Positions 10,535 to 20,359 of a stretch of 64,000 nucleotides of DNA are shown piece after piece. Position 1 is the stretch's first letter. Each line of letters starts with the position of its first letter. The notes under the pieces were generated by a model. That model saw only the letters and a list, made by a program, of their open reading frames with translations, made no database searches and was not told where the DNA came from. The position numbers and the translations under genes were made by a program. Source of the stretch: Candidatus Bathyarchaeota archaeon (GTDB taxonomy: Archaea; Thermoproteota; Bathyarchaeia; Bathyarchaeales; Bathycorpusculaceae); the NCBI GenBank assembly GCA_963720565.1, contig CAVRFW010000005.1, positions 96,001 through 160,000 on the forward strand, written 5' to 3'.

Positions 10535-11278
10535 TCACCGAACTATTCTTTTCTTCTTTCTTCCCGCACCTCTGGCAGCAATCAACCCTACTTTCTGCCC
10601 TGGCGGAGCACCGTGAGAAGTCGTCGTGCCTTTCCGTGCGCTACGCTTACTACTACCGTACGGGTGCACGGCAGCAACCATTTTTCTCCCGCTGGTTCTC
10701 GGATACTTGTGACCCTTCGCCTTCATCCAATGAAACATCTCACCGGCTTTCAAGAAAGGTTTCTCTTGACGACCAGAACCAGACACAACGCCCACGGTAG
10801 CCATGCAATAATCGTTAACATATCTAATGCGTCCAGAAGGCAACTTAATCATTGCCCCTTGAGGAGTGTGCCCCACAACGGTAGCATACGCACCCGAAGA
10901 CCGGGCAAGCTTCCCACCGTCACCGGGACGAAGCTCAAGATTACAAACCAAGGTTCCCTCTGGAATCTTTCCCAAAGGTATGATATTGCCAATCTCGGCA
11001 GGGGCTTTACCGCCCAATGCAATCTGTTGCCCCTGAAATGTTCCTTCAGGAGTAACGGTGTAACATGAGGTTCCATTCTGGAATTTCACAAACGCTAATG
11101 GTGAACCACGACCTGGATCATGAACAAGCGCTTCCACAACGCCAATTATTGAGGATTCAAAAGACTCTTTCGGAGTAATAGTTGGCGGATATCGAGCAGG
11201 GGCAACTCTCTTGTGAGTCGACGCCCTATAAGTTGAACCGCCACGACCGCGTCTTTGAACACGAATTCTTTTTCCCAT
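10535..11278 (-). CDS. rpl2p: 50S ribosomal protein uL2
   Basis: MGKRIRVQRRGRG, HDPGRG, PGDGGKLARSSG. Confidence 0.97.
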   Translation of the reverse strand: MGKRIRVQRRGRGGSTYRASTHKRVAPARYPPTITPKESFESSIIGVVEALVHDPGRGSPLAFVKFQNGTSCYTVTPEGTFQGQQIALGGKAPAEIGNIIPLGKIPEGTLVCNLELRPGDGGKLARSSGAYATVVGHTPQGAMIKLPSGRIRYVNDYCMATVGVVSGSGRQEKPFLKAGEMFHWMKAKGHKYPRTSGRKMVAAVHPYGSSKRSARKGTTTSHGAPPGQKVGLIAARGAGRKKKRIVR

Positions 11279-11300
11279 TAAACCATACCTTCATTAAATG

Positions 11301-11562
11301 TTACAGGATACCAAGTTTTATAGCTACATCTGATGCCTTGATACTCTGGCTTGAGCTTAACGAAGGCTTTCTTCTCTCCGTGCGGAGTTACCAACAAAGT
11401 AACATTGGCAACCTTTACCTCGTAAAGCTGCTCCACCGCCCGCTTGATATCGGCCTTACCGGCCCTGATATCAACAACAAACAATAGCTTGTTGTCTTTT
11501 TCAACCATCAAACTGGCGGATTCCGTCATCAAAGGATAAAATATAACCTCATTTGGATTCAT
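11301..11562 (-). CDS. rpl23: 50S ribosomal protein uL23 (apparent +1 frameshift at ~11340; as written the ORF runs to 11278)
   Basis: PLMTESA...KKAFVKL. Removing one base restores the typical end [15 protein letters not shown]. Confidence 0.93.
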
Positions 11563-12356
11563 TACTTGTCTCCGCCCCCACCATAAAGTCTATCCAGTTG
11601 CCCGACTGCGCTGTTAGTCCAAAGTGTCAACCTTCCAGCGTGCGTGCCCGGAGCTAACATTTCCGCATTAAGAGCATCAACCTTGGCCACATCCAATCCA
11701 GGTATGTTGCCAGCAGCGTCAGCCAAACCCTTGTTTTCCCCGATTATGATAAGGGGTCCGACAGCCTGCTTCATTTTTCTCCCTCTGCGTTTGCCCTTGC
11801 CAGCGCGAATACTCGTGCTGTCTCTGACACGAGAAACATCTAGCATTAAGCCCAAGTGCAGGAGGGCTTCCTCCACGTCTTTGGTCTTAGTCAAAGTTTC
11901 GATATCATCTGTGACTACAAGTGGGATTTGAGGGACATCCTCCACTTGGTGTCCTCGTTTGGTCACTGTTTCTTTAGAAGCGGTAGCTGCTATAGCAGAT
12001 CGCAATGCCAAGCGCGCTTCTTTCTTGGGAATATACTTTACTATCTTCTTTTCAATTTTTGGCGGGTGAGCCTGACGTCCACCGACGGTTCCAGGCGCAA
12101 CAGCACCTCTCCCGCTTCCGCCTTTGATGCGCGGTATCCTGGCGATTCCACTGCCTGTGCCCCGTGATTCTGCACTGGTGCGTTTGCCAGCCATTTTGTC
12201 TCTGCCCTGTGGTTGGCGCTTGCGAGATTGAATCGAGAGTACAGCACGTTTTATCACGTCTGGCCTTAGCGGAGTTTTGAAAACCGAGGGAAGCTTTGTC
12301 TTGCCAGTTGCTTTGCCGTTTAAGTCGTATATATTGACGGTTCTTTGTTGGGGCAT
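11562..12356 (-). CDS. rpl4p: 50S ribosomal protein uL4
   Basis: [38 protein letters not shown]. Confidence 0.97.
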   Translation of the reverse strand: MPQQRTVNIYDLNGKATGKTKLPSVFKTPLRPDVIKRAVLSIQSRKRQPQGRDKMAGKRTSAESRGTGSGIARIPRIKGGSGRGAVAPGTVGGRQAHPPKIEKKIVKYIPKKEARLALRSAIAATASKETVTKRGHQVEDVPQIPLVVTDDIETLTKTKDVEEALLHLGLMLDVSRVRDSTSIRAGKGKRRGRKMKQAVGPLIIIGENKGLADAAGNIPGLDVAKVDALNAEMLAPGTHAGRLTLWTNSAVGQLDRLYGGGGDK

Positions 12357-12372
12357 AATCTAATCTCCAGAG

Positions 12373-13386
12373 CTATTTTCCTTGGGGCGAATCGAGTGAT
12401 ATATGTGTGATTTGCGGTGCCTGCTCGATTGCTTCTCGAGGCGGGCGCGCGGGATAGCGCAGTCGAATCAAACGTTTTTCAGGACCTGCCACACTACCTT
12501 CGATAACCATGTAGGGTCCTTTAACGGGACCGTACCGGATGAATCCACCCTTAACGGTGATTTCTTTGCCGTCTTTGCCAATTTTCAAAATGCGTTTATT
12601 GTATTCTATACGCTGATGGTAACCCATTTGTCCGGCTCGTGCAACCGAGTACATTATGTGATGCGGATTCCATGGTCCAAGAGTCCCGATGCCGCGCTTG
12701 GTTTTTCTACCTTTGTGTTGGAGTACGCCTACCCCCCAACGTTTAACAGGTCCTTGAAAGCCTTTGCCCGTTGTTATTGCAGCACTATCTGCGTATTGCC
12801 CATCTTTGAAGACCTCTTCCGGTGTAACCGTTTTCCCCAGGAGAGCCTTAGCATATTCAAATTGCTGTGGGATTGTGCCTCCGCCAATTTCGATTTCAGT
12901 AATGTCCGGTTTCTTCTTCGCTATGTTAGTCTGTTTGGGTTGTGTAATTGCGATTACGCGGACATTTGAGGTTTTGTCGAGGTCCTTTTCGAGTTTCTGG
13001 ATCATGTCCTCTGTGTTAAAGTTTTCCGGCAGGACCAATGTCCGGTCGAGATCAGAGGGTGGTTCTTTCATCCAAGCTTCAGTCAGGTGCTGCAAGCCAT
13101 AAGGCGTTTTTGTGTAAGTCCTTATTCCGCATATCAAAATTGGAGGCGTATCCAGAATCGTGCATGCCCGCATGATTTCTTTGCCAAAATTAGGGCTACG
13201 TTTTCGATCTTCTATGGTAAAGACGTAGGTCATACCTGCTTTGAAAGCTGTGAAGCCTAGAAGCCTAGGTTGATCAGCGCTAATTTTTGGCCAGTGACGA
13301 ATTCTCGCGACTGGATTTTTGGCGCGGTGTCTAGGCAAATAAGCGAGTGACCCGCGTCTTGGGGCGTGTTTTTTTCTATGTCCCAT
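12373..13386 (-). CDS. rpl3p: 50S ribosomal protein uL3
   Basis: PRRGSLAYLPR, FKAGMT, GKGFQGPVKRWG, AGQMGYHQR. Confidence 0.97.
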   Translation of the reverse strand: MGHRKKHAPRRGSLAYLPRHRAKNPVARIRHWPKISADQPRLLGFTAFKAGMTYVFTIEDRKRSPNFGKEIMRACTILDTPPILICGIRTYTKTPYGLQHLTEAWMKEPPSDLDRTLVLPENFNTEDMIQKLEKDLDKTSNVRVIAITQPKQTNIAKKKPDITEIEIGGGTIPQQFEYAKALLGKTVTPEEVFKDGQYADSAAITTGKGFQGPVKRWGVGVLQHKGRKTKRGIGTLGPWNPHHIMYSVARAGQMGYHQRIEYNKRILKIGKDGKEITVKGGFIRYGPVKGPYMVIEGSVAGPEKRLIRLRYPARPPREAIEQAPQITHISLDSPQGK

Positions 13387-13650
13387 TGTAATTCCGCTTC
13401 GCGAAGCTTAGCAATGAGAAAATAGAGTTATAAACGTTGCCATCGCCTTTTCTGTTTAGTTTGCTGCGTTTCTCTTGCTAATTTTGAATTCCCTTTAAAA
13501 ATACCGTACGGTAAAAACTTGAACCCTCGCTTAGGCTTAACAAAACCCCAGCGGGGTTTAGAATGAATGTTTGACAGCGTCTCATGTCAAACGCATTGTT
13601 GCTACAGAAGGAATCGGTAAACCTCTCAAAAACTGGCAGGTAAATGTAGG

Positions 13651-14079
13651 CTAAGCGCTGTAGTCTCTCTCTAGCGGCTTGGAACTCGGGGTTTTCGCTT
13701 CAGGTATCTGGGGCAAGGGTATGGGCGGAGGGATGTTCAAGGTCCTTGAAATAAGCACGGATTCTATGAAAACGACGTTTGATATTGACTGCACTATTAT
13801 CGGAGGAGGCGGTTTCTTATCCTCATATTGTTTAAGGATATTGTCAATTTCGTTCTTGTCGCCAGTAGCGTAGGCGCTTCCTTTCAGGCTAATCTGAGCC
13901 AGTGAAGGATTATAGTTAATTGTCAATACAAAAGGAATTTCCAGCGTACCGTCAGACTTCTTCTCCATACTTACAACGTTGATATTAGTGCTTATCTGGA
14001 TAGGCGGAATAGGTTTTCTGATATCCCAGAAACGTTCCGCTGAAATGCTGGATATTGCAACGTTAACTCGCATCATCAA
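13651..14079 (-). CDS. Conserved archaeal hypothetical protein
   Basis: 142-aa ORF ending in LNIPPPIPLP, lying between eS31 and uL3. Confidence 0.75.
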   Translation of the reverse strand: MMMRVNVAISSISAERFWDIRKPIPPIQISTNINVVSMEKKSDGTLEIPFVLTINYNPSLAQISLKGSAYATGDKNEIDNILKQYEDKKPPPPIIVQSISNVVFIESVLISRTLNIPPPIPLPQIPEAKTPSSKPLERDYSA

Positions 14080-14127
14080 AGGTCATCAATGTAACAACAA
14101 GCGAAGAATTTAAAACTGCTTGTAGCG

Positions 14128-14403
14128 TTAGGCACGCTTGTATCGCGTGAAGCCGCAATGTCCGCAGGTGTATCTATCGTTGTGATCAGCCATGAAGTAT
14201 CCAGGACCGCACCGCTCGCATGTTGGGCGTAGTCTCGTGACTTTGTCGTTTTCCGTCTTGTACATGGCGTGGACGCCTTTCTGCTGTTTTTTCTTCTTTT
14301 CAGTTTTCGGCTTCTCAGATTTCTGAGGTTTAACTTCCGCTTTCTTCTCTTCCTTCTTTGGCTCTGTCGGCTTTTCTTCCTTGCTAACTGCTTTCTTAGA
14401 CAC
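14128..14403 (-). CDS. rps27ae: 30S ribosomal protein eS31 (S27ae) with Lys/Glu-rich N-terminal extension
   Basis: CERCGPGYFMADHNDRYTCGHCG. Confidence 0.94.
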   Translation of the reverse strand: MSKKAVSKEEKPTEPKKEEKKAEVKPQKSEKPKTEKKKKQQKGVHAMYKTENDKVTRLRPTCERCGPGYFMADHNDRYTCGHCGFTRYKRA

Positions 14404-14405
14404 TA

Positions 14406-14714
14406 CTAAGTTGCCTCTTCTTTTGGTTTTTCTGGTGGGCTGTTACGTTTCAGTATGTATTCTGGCTCGATGCGTTTCGCCTGCTCAACAGACTCGTAGA
14501 CATTGGCAAAACCAACAGTAGTATGTGTTCCCGTAAGAGTCTTCATCTTCTTTACTAAAACAAGATCATCGCTTACCTTAAGTTCAATAGCTAAGGCTTT
14601 CTTGACTTCAAGCCTCAGCGGTGTTTTCATTTGTGGTGCCTGTTCTATCTTGAAGTTTACTTCTTTCCGTTTCAGAAGCGGATTCTCTTTCTTTGTGATT
14701 ATTTTGATGTCCAT
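14406..14714 (-). CDS. rps24e: 30S ribosomal protein eS24
   Basis: ENPLLKRKEV...GFANVYES...EPEYILKRN. Confidence 0.94.
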   Translation of the reverse strand: MDIKIITKKENPLLKRKEVNFKIEQAPQMKTPLRLEVKKALAIELKVSDDLVLVKKMKTLTGTHTTVGFANVYESVEQAKRIEPEYILKRNSPPEKPKEEAT

Positions 14715-14761
14715 TTGCTGTTTCACTTGCTTAAGGGTGTTGAGTTCAAACGAGTTTCTTC

Positions 14762-15295
14762 TTATTTAGCTTTTCTAACACTTTTCATGGCTTTTAGAAA
14801 ATCCGCCACTCTGGCTTTTTTCTCCGGAGTCACTTTGACAATCACTATACCCTCTCGGGGTTGCCCATAAACAACCAAGGAATTTTCAGGCGCATAGAGA
14901 ACGGTAATAAGAACCAAGTAAATCTTCTTCCCCTTCGACAATTATCTGGACGCGCTTGCCTTCATCGAACGCCATTCCCTTATCGCTGAAATTGCCTCGT
15001 CAGTTATTGTTCCCCTTGGATTCGACACCTGAATCACGTTTTTCGCAACAGCCTTTGGTGCTATTCTTCGCCTCATACACTTGTTATCGATAATGGACAC
15101 CTGAGGGGGCATCTTGAAATCAACAAGATTTCTCGAGACTCTGTCACCAACAGAAATTATCATGGGGGGCAGTTCTTTCTTCAACAGTTTGGTCATTACC
15201 GCCATGGTTTCAGTATACGAACCCACAACTAGAACGCCAAAAGGCTGCTTAAACCTAATACGCAGTTCCGGCGTAACTCTGTAGGCAACAGCCAT
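14762..15295 (-). CDS. GTP-dependent dephospho-CoA kinase (DUF359), with compensating frameshifts at ~14976 and ~14917
   Basis: ISVGDRVS, IIDNK, NPRGTIT; VEGEEDLL and LVVYGQPREG appear in shifted frames; typical position between spt4 and eS24. Confidence 0.88.
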
Positions 15296-15374
15296 TTTTC
15301 ATTTCAACTCTATAATAAGGCAGTATAGCCCAAAGTGATTACTTTGGAGACAGGTGAATTGAATTTGGGTTTAG

Positions 15375-15569
15375 TCATCTGACTTTTAAGGCATAACGAC
15401 CTTTTTCTTTAATGGTCATGGCTTTTGCAATAACCGAGTCTCCGGGTTCGAACACTATAGCTATTCCGGCGAAGTCTTCACTTAGACTGGTTGACCTGCA
15501 TTTTGGGCAAACGTTTTCTTTGGTTATGAAGTGGCAATTAGTGCATGCTTTTTCGTTCATCCAAGTCAC
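15375..15569 (-). CDS. spt4: Transcription elongation factor Spt4 (RpoE'')
   Basis: KACTNCH...CPKC...GRYALKVR. Confidence 0.94.
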   Translation of the reverse strand: MTWMNEKACTNCHFITKENVCPKCRSTSLSEDFAGIAIVFEPGDSVIAKAMTIKEKGRYALKVR

Positions 15570-15571
15570 TC

Positions 15572-16174
15572 CTACGCCGCACTTGTTTCTTCTTTGCTTT
15601 CCGTTGGCTTCTTCTCTGGCGCCTCTTTCTCTTTGGACGTTTCAAGTTTGAGCCAGTCCAGCTTGCCTAGAAAAGGCTGTCTCGCCGTAACCCCAATTTT
15701 CCCAGAGCTCCCAGCTCTACCGAAAGAAACAGCTGTAATTCTCACACGCACCTGATCACCAGCCACGAGTTTTCTCTTTGTCTCCTTTCCCAGCAAGACC
15801 CCTTGTTTCTCATCATAGGAAATATAGTCGTCCATGAGCTGTGATACGTGTAACAAAGCATCCACTGGACCAATTCGCAAAAATGCGCCGAAATCCGCGA
15901 TTTCGACCACGTCTCCCTCCACTATTTCCTGAAGTACAGGAGAAAACGTCAAAAGAGAAAAGTTCACTTTGTGATAAGTAGCACCGTCACCAGGAATAAT
16001 CTTCCCGATTGGGCTCACTTCAACTTTAGTCACCGCTATTACGTAGCCTAATTCTTCGTCCACTAAGCCTTCGTATTTGACCTTGACTTGGTCACGTCCC
16101 ACTTTTTCAAGAGGGTTACCGAAGGTATCGGGTGGAATGCGTATTGTATCCTGAAGAGTTACAAGTTTAAACAT
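15572..16174 (-). CDS. rpoE1: RNA polymerase subunit Rpo7 (E')
   Basis: GKIIPGDGATY and S1 domain FGAFLRIGPVDALLHVSQL. Confidence 0.96.
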   Translation of the reverse strand: MFKLVTLQDTIRIPPDTFGNPLEKVGRDQVKVKYEGLVDEELGYVIAVTKVEVSPIGKIIPGDGATYHKVNFSLLTFSPVLQEIVEGDVVEIADFGAFLRIGPVDALLHVSQLMDDYISYDEKQGVLLGKETKRKLVAGDQVRVRITAVSFGRAGSSGKIGVTARQPFLGKLDWLKLETSKEKEAPEKKPTESKEETSAA

Positions 16175-16178
16175 CGAG

Positions 16179-16586
16179 CTAGACCATTCCGTCAATCGCA
16201 AGATGCGATTTTTGTCTCACATAAATCACTGGCACACTTATATCTCTTAGCCTCTTCTTAAGCTGCCTATCATTGGTGAAGACTGGAGTGCCCCATTCTT
16301 TGGCTATTCGAGCAATAACGTCATCAACAAGAGAAGGGGGAGCAGCCTCAACGGCAACACATCTGCATTTTTCGGCAAGTTGCAAGGCGTAACGAGCTGT
16401 TTTGCGGAGTTTAGGCGAACGATTAAGAGCCAGCAGTTCCATTTCCTTTTTAACTGGCGAGAGCAAAATCAACTCAAAATTTCTCTGCAATAACTGTTCT
16501 AGTTCGGCAAAAACATCTATTCTGAACTGAAGCGGAACAAACAGGGCATTTGAATCCATAATCACCTTCACGGGTTCTCTTTGCAC
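16179..16586 (-). CDS. PIN-domain ribonuclease (Fcf1/Utp24-like)
   Basis: MDSNAL, VDDVI, TNDRQLKKRL; conserved position upstream of rpoE1. Start GTG ~16586. Confidence 0.88.
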   Translation of the reverse strand: MQREPVKVIMDSNALFVPLQFRIDVFAELEQLLQRNFELILLSPVKKEMELLALNRSPKLRKTARYALQLAEKCRCVAVEAAPPSLVDDVIARIAKEWGTPVFTNDRQLKKRLRDISVPVIYVRQKSHLAIDGMV

Positions 16587-16778
16587 GTGGTTATTCCCTC
16601 CTGAACAATAATCCAACTGGACTGAGATTCTGTACACTCTCTACCGCTTCTCTGTCTGCAAACTTAACTGTTTTCCTCCGAACCTTCATATTTTTCAATC
16701 AACTTAACCGCAGAGTTGCACATCACTTTTAAAGCACCACCGCTTAAATGAGCAGAACAAAAGAAGTGATAAGAGCCT

Positions 16779-17195
16779 GTGTTCCGCGAAAAATCTTGTG
16801 GCGCCGTGGTTTATCTAAAGAAAGACAACACCGTAAACTATCTTCTCCTTCACTACGAAGCTGGACACTGGGACTTCGTCAAAGGAAACGTAGAGCCAAA
16901 CGAAAGCGAAAAAAGCACGGTCCTGCGAGAGCTGCAAGAAGAAACAGGCATAGTTGATGCCCAATTCATAGAAGGCTTCAAAGAGAGAGTAGAATACTTC
17001 TATAGAAGACAGGGAGCAACAATCCATAAAGAAGTAATATTCTACCTCATGGAAACCCACACCGAAAAGGTGGAGTTATCGTTCGAGCATGTGGGATTCG
17101 TCTGGCTGGATTACCAGCATGCAATCGAGAAACTTAACTTTAGTAACGCTAAGAAGGTACTTCAAAAAGCACAAGAGTTCTTGGTTGCTCAGTGA
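16779..17195 (+). CDS. NUDIX hydrolase (Ap4A hydrolase-like)
   Basis: HWDFVKGNVEPNESEKSTVLRELQEETG Nudix box, LSFEH. Confidence 0.92.
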   Translation: MFREKSCGAVVYLKKDNTVNYLLLHYEAGHWDFVKGNVEPNESEKSTVLRELQEETGIVDAQFIEGFKERVEYFYRRQGATIHKEVIFYLMETHTEKVELSFEHVGFVWLDYQHAIEKLNFSNAKKVLQKAQEFLVAQ

Positions 17196-17238
17196 AACGT
17201 TGAGCCCTCGGATTGCGCGTGCTCATCGAGCTTGATTC

Positions 17239-18498
17239 TCACTTGGACTTTTCGATTATAAGACCATAGCCTATGAGCCGCCAGCGCGCCGTAATCTTCC
17301 TGCTAATCGCGACTCTAGCTCCAGGCTGCGCACAAACAGGTCTTGTAAGCTTAACCTTAACTACGTTGCCTTTAACCGAAAGCACTTTCCCTATGTTCAC
17401 CGCGTTGCCCACATGAAGCAGCAACGATTCTTCAAGGTTAATCCTTTCAATTTTTGATAGTTCCTTTGTACCAACTGCTCTCTCTAAAATACGAGTCTCC
17501 AAAGTCAACTCGGTCAAAATTGGCGGCAACAAACCTACCTTTCCCGCTATGTTACCAGTTAAACCGTCAGCTTTTGAAGAGGAAGGATCTAAAAGAGTCC
17601 CAACCCCTACCAAACCGCCACATGAAGCTTCCTTTACGCTTTTCTCGCCCGCGTGCAAACTAACGATTTCGCTAATCAACGGGTCATATACTGTTTTGCC
17701 TTCTCTTTCAGCGCTTATACCAGGGCGTATTTCTATTTCTTCTCCGACGGCAAATTTTCCTTGAGCTATGGTTCCTCCTATGATTCCGCCCTCAAGATCC
17801 TCTATTAAGGTCCCAGGCTTGTTGGTGTCGAAGGAACGAATAATGTACATGAGAGGAGGTTTCGTTTCGTCCCTTTCAGGAGTAGGGATAAGCTCAGACA
17901 TGGCGTGGAGAAGCACATCGACGTTATAGCCGTGCTGTGCCGAAATTGGAATAATGGGCGCGTTTTCCGCTACTGTCCCCTTAACAAAACTTTTTATTTC
18001 CTCATAACTCTTACGAGCTCTCTTCTCATCAACAATGTCAATCTTGTTTTGAACTATAATTATGTTTTTTATTCCGACCACTTCAGCGGCAGCCAGATGC
18101 TCTCTCGTTTGGGGTTGAGGACAGGGTTCATCGGCAGCAATTACGAGTATAGCCCCATCCATTATGGCTGCTCCCGAAAGCATTGTAGCCATCAAAGCCT
18201 CATGACCGGGAGCATCTACGAAACTGACTGCACGCACGAAAACAGCTTCAGAAGCGCAGTTGGGACAAATTGGTGCATTTGAATAATTCTTCGGCGCTTC
18301 GCAATTTGGGCACTTGAAGATGGGCATGTCAGCGTAACCCAGTTTTATGGTGATGCCACGCTTGAGCTCTTCACTGTGGCGAGAAGCCCAAACACCAGTC
18401 AAGGACTGAACTAACGTCGTTTTTCCATGATCAACATGACCTATTGTGCCAATGTTGACCTCCGGCTTTTTCAGCAAAGCTTTACTGGGGTTGCTCAT
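17239..18498 (-). CDS. eif2g: Translation initiation factor aIF-2 gamma
   Basis: GHVDHGKTT, RGITIKLGY, DAPGH, NKID, WRLIGYG. Confidence 0.97.
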   Translation of the reverse strand: MSNPSKALLKKPEVNIGTIGHVDHGKTTLVQSLTGVWASRHSEELKRGITIKLGYADMPIFKCPNCEAPKNYSNAPICPNCASEAVFVRAVSFVDAPGHEALMATMLSGAAIMDGAILVIAADEPCPQPQTREHLAAAEVVGIKNIIIVQNKIDIVDEKRARKSYEEIKSFVKGTVAENAPIIPISAQHGYNVDVLLHAMSELIPTPERDETKPPLMYIIRSFDTNKPGTLIEDLEGGIIGGTIAQGKFAVGEEIEIRPGISAEREGKTVYDPLISEIVSLHAGEKSVKEASCGGLVGVGTLLDPSSSKADGLTGNIAGKVGLLPPILTELTLETRILERAVGTKELSKIERINLEESLLLHVGNAVNIGKVLSVKGNVVKVKLTRPVCAQPGARVAISRKITARWRLIGYGLIIEKSK

Positions 18499-18583
18499 TT
18501 TCTCTTCCACAAATGAATTATGAATTATTGAAGAAGTAAATGGCGGGCAGTTAATAAGTTTTAAGCACTCAAAAAGAGAAGGC

Positions 18584-18979
18584 CTAAGCCTCTTGCTTGG
18601 TTGGTTCTACTTTGCGTTCAGCGGGCTTCTTCGGCTTTTCTACAATTTTCGTGTTAATCTGAACAATCTCGTCCGAAATCACATTGCCTCGAACCATCTT
18701 TCGCCTTCGCTGTCCTTTTTCACTAGGTTTGAAGCCTGCTCCACCGCCCAGCACCACGTTTCTACGGACGCCACCATGCACGCTTGGCCTCATGGGAACA
18801 CCGTCTTTGTCAGAACCGCCCATTATCTGCAACTTGTACGCTGGCAAATCCAATGCAGCGCCATCTACGGTTTCCCCAATCTTCCTTCCAATCAACGAAA
18901 CGGCCCGCGCTTCTTCAATCTCAACCACTTTTGAGGTGCCATCGTCCGGGTCTGAAACTATTACCTTGAATTTTGCCAT
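18584..18979 (-). CDS. rps6e: 30S ribosomal protein eS6
   Basis: GGSDKDGVPM, RRKMVRGN. Confidence 0.96.
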   Translation of the reverse strand: MAKFKVIVSDPDDGTSKVVEIEEARAVSLIGRKIGETVDGAALDLPAYKLQIMGGSDKDGVPMRPSVHGGVRRNVVLGGGAGFKPSEKGQRRRKMVRGNVISDEIVQINTKIVEKPKKPAERKVEPTKQEA

Positions 18980-19091
18980 TTGCTGACTAACTCTCCAGCG
19001 GAGTATGAAGTTGGGTATCTCTCTATTAAGGGTTTATGAAAATGTCTTTAACTATTCAGACTGATGTAAATTTTGTCTGCTAAAAGTTTTA

Positions 19092-20312
19092 ATGCTTCAC
19101 TGCAGAAGTCTTGTTGCTATGTGGCGACTCGGGTTCTTTTTCCACGAAATGGCTTTCGGCCTATTATCAGTGTTTATTCCACTATACGTTGTGACCCCAG
19201 CCGTTGGAGGTTCACTATTCGACTTGGGTATAATGACCTCAGTCGCCCTTTTCTTAGCTATACCTGCCTCGTTCTTCTGGGGATACATATGTGACAGAAC
19301 GAGACAGTATAAACTGTACATTCTTCTCTCGTTCATATCGGTTACCATAATCCTCTATCTTTTCACGCTTGCCACCAATATACTCATGTTCACTGTTCTT
19401 TACGCTGTAATGGCAATGCTCCATGTAGCTCATGAAGCACCGAAAAACATTCTCATAGCCGAACATTACTCGCATGAAGAATGGGGAAAATCATATGCAT
19501 GGTATGAAGGCTTTACTGAGATAGGCTGGTTGATTGGTTTGCTCCTGGGATTGTTCACGTCAACCATCGCTTTCAGCCCCAATCACATCTTATTTTTATG
19601 CAGCGGTTTAAATTTGGCTGCTCTGATTTTGTCGATACTCTTCGTGGCTGATCCACTGCTGATTTTTGAGCGGAGGTTAGTGAGCATAGAAAAAAAGATC
19701 GATTACACCTATCGCGGCGTTAATGCGGCCTCAAGATTAATGGAGGGACTACCTATCGGCGAAAAATTCAGAAGCGAGAACTTCGCAGCGTTCAGCTTGG
19801 GGCTGGTTTTGTTCTCCCTTGCTTCGAGTCTATTCTTCACCCCACTGCCGATATTCTTCGCTAAAGATTTAGCCTTTCCTACAAGTTTAGTTTTCATGAT
19901 TTACATGCTGAGCTCTGGAGGATCAGTTGCAGGATACTTCCTGGCTGGAAAGAGATCAGCATCTCCTAACGCAAAAGTCTACATGAAAAGAATCGTGCTT
20001 CTGCGAGGCGTTCTAGTTTTCTCTTTGGTCTTAATCGTAAGTTTTGCTTTCTCTACGATAATACTCGCTCCAGCCATCTTGGTTTTCATGGGATTAGCGT
20101 ATGGGGTGTATCATATCCTGGCGCTTTCTCTGTCAATGGAGGTAATACCGACTGGAAAAACAGGTTTGTTCGATGTCCTCATGGGTTTGGGTGCAGCCAT
20201 TGGCTCGTTCCTTGGGCCTGTTCTCGCTCAAATTCTGGGTTTTCTACCCCAGTTCCTAATAACAAGCGCAATTTTCCTCTCAGCCTATTTGGTGCTTAAA
20301 ATCTTCACGTGA
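19092..20312 (+). CDS. MFS transporter
   Basis: About 12 hydrophobic helices; WGYICDRTRQYK resembles MFS motif A. Confidence 0.88.
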   Translation: MLHCRSLVAMWRLGFFFHEMAFGLLSVFIPLYVVTPAVGGSLFDLGIMTSVALFLAIPASFFWGYICDRTRQYKLYILLSFISVTIILYLFTLATNILMFTVLYAVMAMLHVAHEAPKNILIAEHYSHEEWGKSYAWYEGFTEIGWLIGLLLGLFTSTIAFSPNHILFLCSGLNLAALILSILFVADPLLIFERRLVSIEKKIDYTYRGVNAASRLMEGLPIGEKFRSENFAAFSLGLVLFSLASSLFFTPLPIFFAKDLAFPTSLVFMIYMLSSGGSVAGYFLAGKRSASPNAKVYMKRIVLLRGVLVFSLVLIVSFAFSTIILAPAILVFMGLAYGVYHILALSLSMEVIPTGKTGLFDVLMGLGAAIGSFLGPVLAQILGFLPQFLITSAIFLSAYLVLKIFT

Positions 20313-20359
20313 ATAAAAATAGGAAAAAAGAAGAGAAGAATAGGCAGTTTACTAGTATT

